From a candidate division TM6 bacterium GW2011_GWF2_32_72 (GTDB lineage Bacteria > Babelota > Babeliae > Babelales > CAIQNR01), in assembly GCA_945882015.1 (NCBI GenBank), contig CAMCVM010000003.1, forward strand, positions 33,342 to 97,341: a stretch of 64,000 bases of DNA, read 5' to 3'. The notes beneath the pieces are model-generated. The model made no database searches. It was not told the origin of the DNA and worked only from the letters and a program-made list of their open reading frames with translations. Shown here one piece after another: positions 9,724 through 16,901 of the stretch (position 1 is its first letter; the number at the start of each line of letters is the position of its first letter). A program made the translations under genes and the position numbers.

Positions 9724-10509
9724 TTGAAGTTACACAAAATAGCTCTATTTTTCGTATTATCTGGATCTATAAGTTTGCACGCGATTCCTTTTTTACAAAG
9801 AGGGAAAAATCTTTTAGGTTTAGCTGCCGCTCATTTATCAAGAAAAAATCCGTCTTTAAATAATCAAAGATTGCTGAGTCAAAAATCGTTTAAACCAGGC
9901 AGCTTTGAAGCAATGCAGCGTGATTTTCCGCATGCAGCACAGAAAGTACAAGATATTTTTGCTGCAAGAAATCAAAATACAAAATCATTTGAATTTTTTT
10001 GTAAAGGTGAAAATATGTGGAATATTGTTTCTCTTCCACTCAACGTTTTTCATTATTCACAAAAATTTATGCAAGAAATTGATGATACCTTGAAGAAACA
10101 ATCAGATGTGTTAACAAGTGTATTGCCTCTTAATGAAACTTTAAGATGGGGAATCGAGACTAAACAAGAACAGGTTTTTCTTTTTTATGCAAGAGTTGGT
10201 TATTATTTGGAATGTAGCATTAATGTTAGTCAATGGCTAGAGTTATTAGCTATTGATAATGATAATATTAGATTTAATAAGCAGGTAGATTTTGTGCATA
10301 AAGTATACACTAATATGTATGGTGCTAAAAATCCAGAAATACCAGAAATATTAAAAGTCCTGCTTAAATATTATATGCATCAGCATGAATTATCTAAGGA
10401 TTTGTATGAAGCTCAATCTTTGATTACTCCAAAAGAGTTAGAGCCATTAACAAGCTTAGGAAGAGCCAAATTTATATCAAATTTAATTAAACAAAAAACG
10501 AAAAAATAA
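9724..10509 (+). CDS. secreted paralog 4 of 5, HExxH motif degenerate
   Basis: 261 aa with a TTG start 8 nt after AAGGA. It shares FPHAAQKVQDIFAARN..FEF with the family, but the HExxH position reads GYYLECSINV. Confidence 0.75.
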   Translation: MKLHKIALFFVLSGSISLHAIPFLQRGKNLLGLAAAHLSRKNPSLNNQRLLSQKSFKPGSFEAMQRDFPHAAQKVQDIFAARNQNTKSFEFFCKGENMWNIVSLPLNVFHYSQKFMQEIDDTLKKQSDVLTSVLPLNETLRWGIETKQEQVFLFYARVGYYLECSINVSQWLELLAIDNDNIRFNKQVDFVHKVYTNMYGAKNPEIPEILKVLLKYYMHQHELSKDLYEAQSLITPKELEPLTSLGRAKFISNLIKQKTKK

Positions 10510-10513
10510 AAGA

Positions 10514-10585
10514 TTATTCTGCAGTTTCATAGAAATTAAGCCCGTGTTCTTTAAATCTTCGGTTGGCAAAATATTAATTGAAACC
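10514..10585 (-). pseudogene. second relic copy of the regulator gene's 3' end
   Basis: ttattctgcagtttcatagaaattaagcccgtgttctttaaatcttcggttggc is near-identical to 11439-11495 and to 9567-9620. Confidence 0.75.
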
Positions 10586-10660
10586 TAATTATTAATTAAT
10601 TTTATCTTTTACTGATTATTTAATAAAATAAAAATTAAAAATAAATAAAAAGGATCAAAA

Positions 10661-11431
10661 TTGAAGTTACACAAAATAGCTCTATTTTTCGTATTATCTG
10701 GATTTGTAAGTTTGCATGCGATTCCTTTTTTACAAAGAGGTAAAAATATTTTAGGTTTAGCTGCCGCTCATTTATCAAGAAAAAATCAGTCTTTAAATAA
10801 TCAAAGGTTGCTGAGTCAGAGATCTTTTAAATCAGATAGTTTTGAAGCAATGAAGCATGATTTCCCGTATGCAGCACAGAAAGTACAAGATATTTTTGAT
10901 ACAAGAAATAAAAATACAAGAGGATTTGAATTTGTTATTAAAGGTAATAATACTTGGGGTTATGCTCCTGCTGTACAAGCTTTTTATTATCCACAAATAT
11001 GTATTCAAGAAGTTGATGATACGTTGCAAATAAAGACAGAGGGGTTACATCAAGAAGATAGGTCACCTTACGATTATAGCAAAGATGGAATAAAGACTAA
11101 ACAAGAACAGGTTTTACTTTTTTATGGAATGGTTGGATATCATTTACAGCGTTCTGTTGATTGGAATAAGTGGCTAGAATTATTAGCTATAAATGATGAT
11201 AATATTAGATTTAATAAGAATATAGATCTTTCGTGTAAAGCATACACTGATATGTATGGCGCAAAAAATCCAGAAATACCACAAATATTAGAAGTAATGG
11301 TCAAATATTATATGCATCAGCATGAATTACATAAAAATAAAGGATTGTATGTACCAAAAGAGTTGCGGCCGTTAACAAACTTAGGGCGAGCCAATTTTTT
11401 ATTTAATTTAATTAAACAAAAAACGAAATAA
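10661..11431 (+). CDS. secreted paralog 5 of 5, HExxH motif degenerate
   Basis: 256 aa with a TTG start. The N-terminal ~60 aa are near-identical to paralog 4. The HExxH position reads GYHLQRSVDW. Confidence 0.75.
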   Translation: MKLHKIALFFVLSGFVSLHAIPFLQRGKNILGLAAAHLSRKNQSLNNQRLLSQRSFKSDSFEAMKHDFPYAAQKVQDIFDTRNKNTRGFEFVIKGNNTWGYAPAVQAFYYPQICIQEVDDTLQIKTEGLHQEDRSPYDYSKDGIKTKQEQVLLFYGMVGYHLQRSVDWNKWLELLAINDDNIRFNKNIDLSCKAYTDMYGAKNPEIPQILEVMVKYYMHQHELHKNKGLYVPKELRPLTNLGRANFLFNLIKQKTK

Positions 11432-11438
11432 TAAAATA

Positions 11439-14192
11439 TTATTCTGCAGTTTCATAAAAATTAAGCCCATGTTCTTTAAATCTGCGATTTACAGAAGACC
11501 GATTGACCCCTAAAAAGAGCGCAATTTTATTCTGACTTTTGAATTTTTTCCATAAAACATTTAAAAGTTTTGAATCTTTTAGTGCATGTTTGCCAAGGCG
11601 AGCGGCTTCTATTAATTGTGGATCGGTTAAATGATAAGCACTTTCAAATTGAATTTCTTGATAAATTCCAGTCTTTTTAGATTTATTAATAAGTAGTTGC
11701 TGTATTCGTTCTTTCAGTTCTTTTAAACTTATTGGTGCTTGTGCTGCAAGATACTGTTTTTCATTATCAGAAAGTTTAATAAGATTTTTAAATTCTTGAG
11801 CTGTTAAAGTCTGATGAGTAAATCCTTCTATTAATTCTTCCATTTCTATCTCTGGCAAGGTTAATAAAGAAGGCATGCTCAAAGATTCTTTTTTAAGTTC
11901 ATTAAACAGGACGTTACTAAATTTGCCTTGTTGGACCATATAGGAAAGGTCTTGGTTTGTTGAACAAATGATTCGTACATCACTTTGCACTCGTTTGTCA
12001 CTTTTAAAAATAGTATAAAATCCATAGCGAATAAATTGAGCAAGATTATTTTGGGCATCAAGATCAAGGTGTTCAATATTTTTAATGAGCAATGTCCCTT
12101 TTCTATTTAGTTTTTCAAGAAGAGCTGCGTCATTTAAGCAACCATATAAAGGATTAATCCCAAACAGTTTCATGCAAGTGTCAGCGCATGAAATTTGTGA
12201 ATTTAATTCAAGAACATGTAATGTTTCTCGTAAACTGATAATGTGCAATAATTCAACCAGCGGGATTAAATCATCTTCGGGTAAATCAAGCAATAAGGCT
12301 TTTTTCCCTAAGGCTAACTTTAAAAGATTAACTTTAAAATTTAAGAGTATTTGACCATTGCCGGGAATTAATTGATTAATTAATTTGCCTGATTTTGTTG
12401 TTTCTAAATATAATAAATAGTCCCAATCAGAAGGGTCTTTTAAAGAATCGATCTGTTTTTTGATACTATCATAAATTTCAGGATAATAGAGCGTGATAAT
12501 CACTTGATGATGCTCTATTTCTGGCACACCAGAAATAACAATTTGCTTTCCTGAAAAAGTTTTAACTACTTGTGTTTGGTGTGTTTTATACAGCAGTGTT
12601 TGTTGTGCTATGTGGTGTAATGTTTTGGTAACGGTGTCACCTTTATGTTGATTAGGGTCTACTTCAAGCAATTGACTAGCATCTTGGTTAGCCATAATAA
12701 AACGATTATTTTTGTAAAATATAATTCCAATTGCTCGATGGCTATTATTTAAAAATGAACGGATACTTTCTTTATATTGATTAATTTCTTGATGTTTTAA
12801 ATAAAGTTCTTCAATAATTGTTTTTCGTTGCTTTAAAAGTTCATGAAGATTTCTATTTTGTAAAAGATTAATAATTTTTGATAAAAAGCTTGCAAAAACG
12901 ATCATCTCATCACGTTCTCTATCACTGTAAAGCTGCTTACCACGGGCATGGCGTTCTATAGTAATTGAGCCGATAATTTTTTGTTCTTCATAAATAGGTA
13001 AAAAAATATCTGCCTGTATGGTATCTAAAAATCCAAGTGCAATTTGATGAGAGGTTTGCGTTTCATAAAAATCATCATATTCAACTTCATCATAGATAAG
13101 AATTTTTTCTCGTTTTAAGTAATCATTCATAGTTAAAGAAGATTCTATGTTTTTTTCATTTAAGAAGTGTTCTAACTGATTGCTATTAAATTCGTTGCCA
13201 TCGGTATTTTTATAATCAGTTGCAATATTTGATTCAAAAGATCGTATGGCTAATTTTACATTTGCATAAGGGATATTAAATGCTTGTCCAAAAAAACGTT
13301 GTGTAAGGAGCGTGACTTCATGGCTTGTTGTTGCGCTTCCTAATGATTCAAGGATTGTTTTAAGATGGTCAGCACAATTAAAGGTATCAGAAGCATGATG
13401 TACATGGTTATGCATATTTAAAAAACGAAGACGAATAATTTTTTTTAAACAGTAATAGAGAGCAACTGTTAAAAAAATGTTAGAACAAATGGTTGCAAGA
13501 ATTGAAATGCCATCTGTGATCCCATAAATGGCAAGCGGAAAAGTATGATAAATATTAATCAGTACATGAAAAATAAAAAATATAATAACATAGGTAAGTT
13601 GAGTCTTTAAAATTTTATGAGATTTGTTTTTTTGCAGCTGTTTTAAACCATACAATAAGCTGAGTGGCATTAAGATAAGCAGAGCAAAAATCGATTCATG
13701 AGTATAAATGGTGAATTCAAAATCAGGCCTATAAGAGGGGTCAAAATAAAAAATCGCAATTACTAAGGGGCTTAAGAAGAAAAATAAACTAATGAAGCAT
13801 GCAACCATTTGGTGGTAAGAGATTCTTTTAATGCGCTGAGTAAATGATTCTAAAAAAAGAGCTAATGATTGATACATTAAAATATTAGATGCCCATGTAA
13901 TTCGAATCAATAAAATTACCGGTTTATAGTCAATATTTGGTAGGAATGTATATCGAGCCAATGAAACTATCCATGAAAAATCTTCTAACGTAGAGCACCC
14001 AATAACAATTAAAAGATAATACCACGAAATAGGAGATTTTTTAGCGGTTATTAATCTTTTTATAAACGATAGAAATAAAGTAATTTTAAAAAAAAATGAG
14101 ATTGTTTGGACACTAAAAAGAATACATCGCATTGTGTAGACATCATGCAAGACACTAGCAAAAGCTTTAAATAAGCTAGACACGAATAACAC
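11439..14192 (-). CDS. membrane-anchored transcriptional regulator with polytopic N-domain, GAF/PAS-like middle, degenerate sigma54-activator AAA+ core and Fis-type HTH
   Basis: 917 aa. The first ~260 aa are multiple hydrophobic helices. The central region aligns by eye to the NtrC AAA+ core (KGTLLIKNIEHLDLDAQNNLAQFIRYG..DVRIICSTNQDL..VQQGKFSNVLFNEL). Walker A, GAFTGA, Walker B DE and the Arg fingers are replaced. The C-terminal HTH is IALFLGVNRSSVNRRFKEHGL. Confidence 0.7.
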   Translation of the reverse strand: MLFVSSLFKAFASVLHDVYTMRCILFSVQTISFFFKITLFLSFIKRLITAKKSPISWYYLLIVIGCSTLEDFSWIVSLARYTFLPNIDYKPVILLIRITWASNILMYQSLALFLESFTQRIKRISYHQMVACFISLFFFLSPLVIAIFYFDPSYRPDFEFTIYTHESIFALLILMPLSLLYGLKQLQKNKSHKILKTQLTYVIIFFIFHVLINIYHTFPLAIYGITDGISILATICSNIFLTVALYYCLKKIIRLRFLNMHNHVHHASDTFNCADHLKTILESLGSATTSHEVTLLTQRFFGQAFNIPYANVKLAIRSFESNIATDYKNTDGNEFNSNQLEHFLNEKNIESSLTMNDYLKREKILIYDEVEYDDFYETQTSHQIALGFLDTIQADIFLPIYEEQKIIGSITIERHARGKQLYSDRERDEMIVFASFLSKIINLLQNRNLHELLKQRKTIIEELYLKHQEINQYKESIRSFLNNSHRAIGIIFYKNNRFIMANQDASQLLEVDPNQHKGDTVTKTLHHIAQQTLLYKTHQTQVVKTFSGKQIVISGVPEIEHHQVIITLYYPEIYDSIKKQIDSLKDPSDWDYLLYLETTKSGKLINQLIPGNGQILLNFKVNLLKLALGKKALLLDLPEDDLIPLVELLHIISLRETLHVLELNSQISCADTCMKLFGINPLYGCLNDAALLEKLNRKGTLLIKNIEHLDLDAQNNLAQFIRYGFYTIFKSDKRVQSDVRIICSTNQDLSYMVQQGKFSNVLFNELKKESLSMPSLLTLPEIEMEELIEGFTHQTLTAQEFKNLIKLSDNEKQYLAAQAPISLKELKERIQQLLINKSKKTGIYQEIQFESAYHLTDPQLIEAARLGKHALKDSKLLNVLWKKFKSQNKIALFLGVNRSSVNRRFKEHGLNFYETAE

Positions 14193-14324
14193 CGCCTTGA
14201 TTTTTTTAGAGAGAATTATAGTTTGAGTAAGATAGCATAACGCATTTTTTTGTAAAGTTATAAGATCGATCTATTGCTTATTTTAAGCAATCATACTGCG
14301 ATTATAATGATGCATAAAAGTTTA

Positions 14325-14352
14325 TTGACTTCTTAATGCCGGGCTTTATACT
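14325..14352 (+). promoter_or_regulatory. sigma70-like promoter (TTGACT-16 nt-TATACT)
   Basis: TTGACT lies at 14325-14330 and TATACT at 14347-14352. It points at the small ORF and terminator downstream. Confidence 0.45.
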
Positions 14353-14393
14353 AAAGTTCCAGGTCACATTATTCAACATATGAAAGAGCGTTT

Positions 14394-14489
14394 ATGAATT
14401 TCATCAATTTTTTTCTAAGACATATTGTAGAGTCAACGGTATTTACAACTTTGATTCTTATTCTGAATTCTCAACCGCCAGTATCGTAA
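14394..14489 (+). CDS. possible 31-aa hydrophobic peptide (MNFINFFLRHIVESTVFTTLILILNSQPPVS)
   Basis: The short ORF sits between a good promoter and a terminator. It is preceded by a 5-codon mini-ORF (14380-14397, MKERL) whose TGA overlaps the ATG (ATGA). There is no homology evidence, so the transcript could equally be a non-coding RNA. Confidence 0.25.
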   Translation: MNFINFFLRHIVESTVFTTLILILNSQPPVS

Positions 14490-14513
14490 GATTCTTTTAG
14501 ATTTTAAATTATA

Positions 14514-14553
14514 AGTAAAAAAAAACACCTACCAAAAAAGTAGGTGTTTTTTT
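14514..14553. terminator. bidirectional rho-independent terminator
   Basis: Hairpin ACACCTAC-caaaaaa-GTAGGTGT with an A-run on the left and a T-run on the right. It lies 3' of both the small plus-strand ORF and the minus-strand histone-like gene. Confidence 0.8.
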
Positions 14554-14573
14554 AGCTTTGTAAGCTGTTACGC

Positions 14574-14795
14574 TTAAGCTGCTTTTTGAGGAGCTGCTTT
14601 GCGTTTTGCAACTTTACGTTTAGCTGCTTTTTTAGGAGCGGCTTTACGTTTTGCAACTCTGCGTTTAGCTGTTCTTTTAGGAGCAGCCTTACGTTTTGCA
14701 ACTTTACGTTTAGCTGTTCTTTTTGGAGCAGCTTTACGTTTTGCAACTCTCTTTTTAGCAACTCTTTTTTTGGTTGCTTTCTTTACTACTGTCAT
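14574..14795 (-). CDS. histone H1-like / Hc-like lysine-alanine-rich DNA-binding protein
   Basis: 73 aa from ATG 14795 (strong GAGGGAG RBS; the ORF track starts 6 codons earlier). Sequence is MTVVKKATKKRVAKKR followed by (VAKRKAAPKRTAKRK)x3.8. It is extremely basic and bounded by its own terminator. Confidence 0.75.
   Translation of the reverse strand: MTVVKKATKKRVAKKRVAKRKAAPKRTAKRKVAKRKAAPKRTAKRRVAKRKAAPKKAAKRKVAKRKAAPQKAA
14577..14747 (-). repeat. in-frame 45-bp tandem repeats (about 3.8 units) encoding VAKRKAAPKRTAKRK
   Basis: The repeat is directly visible in the DNA (gctttacgttttgcaact.t.cgtttagctg.t.tttt.ggagc) and in the translation. Confidence 0.85.
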
Positions 14796-14942
14796 TGTAC
14801 TCTCCCTCACCATTACGGTTACTCATATTTCCTTCCAACTGATGATACACCCAGGTGATTTTACTTCTGATGATACAGATTTAAATGAGAAGAAGTCAAC
14901 AATTTTTTTACAAGTAAAGATTTTTTTTATGATAAAAAATTC

Positions 14943-14991
14943 AAAAAAAGCTGTACAATAGCATTTTGGAAATAGTGTACAGCTTTTTTTT
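14943..14991. terminator. rho-independent terminator downstream of thrS (bidirectional)
   Basis: Hairpin GCTGTACA-n18-TGTACAGC flanked by an A-run and a T-run, 10 nt after the thrS stop. Confidence 0.8.
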
Positions 14992-15000
14992 CTTTTATTT

Positions 15001-16701
15001 TTATAAGAGTTTTTGCATTTTTTCTAATACCGAATTGTAAGAAATTCCCATTTCTTGCTTGCCATCATGGTATCTGACGGTAAGTGTTTCAAGCTCAACT
15101 TCTTTTTTCCCAATAATAAGCATCCACGGAATCTTTTTAAGCTGCGCATCTTTGATTTGTCCTGACAATGTATCGCCAGATTGGTCAATTTCTACCCTTA
15201 TTCCTGCTTCTTGTAATAATGAAAGTATTTTTTGAGCGTACGGTTTTTGTTCATCAGTTACGGTTAAAATTTTAGCTTGAACGGGAGCAAGCCAAAACGG
15301 CAAATGTCCTTTGTGGTGTTCTAGTAAAATCCCAAAAAAGCGTTCAAAAGATCCATGAAAAGCTTGATGCAGGATGACTGGACGCTTTGCAGTTCCTTCA
15401 GATGAAACATAGGAAAGATCAAAATTTTCTGGCTGGAAAAAATCAAGTTGGATTGTTCCACATTGCCATTGACGTTCCATAGAATCTTCAATTCTAAAAT
15501 CTATTTTAGGACCATAAAAAGCTCCGTCACCTTCGTTAATTGTATAGGTAACTCCTGACGCATTCAGGGCGCTTTTAAGAGCAGCAATAGCCTTTTGCCA
15601 GATAGCGTCATCACCCATTGCTTTTTCAGGTTTTGTAGAAAGCCCAATTTTGATATTCTCAAAACCACATTTTTTAATGGTTTGCATTAAAAGGGACAAG
15701 CTTTTTAAGATTTCAGCCTCAACTTGGTCAATGGTGCAATAAATATGGGTGTCATCAATCGTAAAAGAACGCACTCTAAATAAGCCATGCAATACCCCAG
15801 ATAGCTCATGCCTGTGAACTTTACCAAATTCGTGTAAGCGTAACGGAAGTTCACGATAAGAACGAGGACGGTCTTTATAAATTAAAATTGAACCAGGACA
15901 GTTCATAGGTCTGACCGCATAACTTTTTTCGTCTATTTCTGAAAAATACATATTTTCTTTATAAAAATTGTAATGCCCTGACCTTCTCCATAATTCATCA
16001 CTGAGCATAATAGGAGTTTCAATTTCCAAATATCCAGCTTTTCTTAATCGTTCACGCATTGCATTACGTAATTGATTAAGCACGACTTTGCCTTTTGGGT
16101 GGAAAAAAGGAAAACCAACACCTTCATCATGAAATGAAAAAAGTTCTAATTGCTTTCCAAGTTTTCTATGATCGTACATTTGCGCTTGTTCTTCTTTAAG
16201 CAGTTGTTTGTCCATTGCTTCTTGGGTTAAGAAGGCAATCCCGCTGATTCGTTGTAATGCAACGCCATCACGGTTAGCACGCCAATAAGAACCTGAAAGC
16301 GCAGTCAATTTAAAATATTTAATATCACCAGTTTTTGCAACGTGGCCTCCGCGACATAAATCATAAAATTCACCTTGTCGCGCAAGCCCAACAGTGTCAC
16401 CTTCTAAGTCATTGATAAGCTCAAGCTTAAATGGATTATCTTTGTATAGTTTTTGTGCTTCTGATTTTGAAATTTGCTCATGAGTAATAGGTAAATTGCG
16501 TTGTGAAATTTCATGCATGCGCTGCTCAATGAACGCAAGATCAGCTTCTTTGAAATTTTTTGAAGGTAAGATGTCATAAAAAAAACCAGCTTCAGTTGCA
16601 GGACCAATCGTCAATTGCGTCTCAGGGTAAAGCTCTATAAGTGCATGCGCAAGTAGATGTGCGGCAGAGTGACGAACTATTTTTAGGTCTTGCTCGTTCA
16701 T
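15001..16701 (-). CDS. thrS: threonyl-tRNA synthetase (no N-terminal TGS domain)
   Basis: 566 aa. It starts at the editing/SAD region (HSAAHLLAHAL). Class II core motifs are RPMNCPG, FRVRSFTIDDTHIY and GAFYGPKIDF, followed by a C-terminal anticodon-binding domain. Confidence 0.93.
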   Translation of the reverse strand: MNEQDLKIVRHSAAHLLAHALIELYPETQLTIGPATEAGFFYDILPSKNFKEADLAFIEQRMHEISQRNLPITHEQISKSEAQKLYKDNPFKLELINDLEGDTVGLARQGEFYDLCRGGHVAKTGDIKYFKLTALSGSYWRANRDGVALQRISGIAFLTQEAMDKQLLKEEQAQMYDHRKLGKQLELFSFHDEGVGFPFFHPKGKVVLNQLRNAMRERLRKAGYLEIETPIMLSDELWRRSGHYNFYKENMYFSEIDEKSYAVRPMNCPGSILIYKDRPRSYRELPLRLHEFGKVHRHELSGVLHGLFRVRSFTIDDTHIYCTIDQVEAEILKSLSLLMQTIKKCGFENIKIGLSTKPEKAMGDDAIWQKAIAALKSALNASGVTYTINEGDGAFYGPKIDFRIEDSMERQWQCGTIQLDFFQPENFDLSYVSSEGTAKRPVILHQAFHGSFERFFGILLEHHKGHLPFWLAPVQAKILTVTDEQKPYAQKILSLLQEAGIRVEIDQSGDTLSGQIKDAQLKKIPWMLIIGKKEVELETLTVRYHDGKQEMGISYNSVLEKMQKLL

Positions 16702-16901
16702 TTGATTATTCCTTTAACTAAGAAGGTTTATAATGACAATTTCTTCTTTATTTTATCAAATAGCGCACAAAAGAAAACCTTTATCGCTTAAGGTAGGGCT
16801 CTTTGTTAAGTTAAGCTCAAAAGTTATTGTTTTACTGCAAGTGGCAATGCTAGAATGCGCTTGTGTAGTCATCTGTTAAACCGTCAAACTCAGGGGGCAA
16901 A

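Noticed and set aside
14577-14747. The regular 45-bp repeats could look like a tiny CRISPR array.
   Set aside because: The repeats are contiguous with no spacers, are in-frame within a coding sequence, and no cas genes are nearby.
14586-14961. Plus-strand ORFs (90 and 120 aa) and a third-frame minus ORF across the histone-like gene.
   Set aside because: They are mirror or alternate readings of the 45-bp repeat array, giving Phe/Cys/Leu-rich nonsense. Only the K/R/A frame has an RBS (GAGGGAG) and a terminator in the correct orientation.
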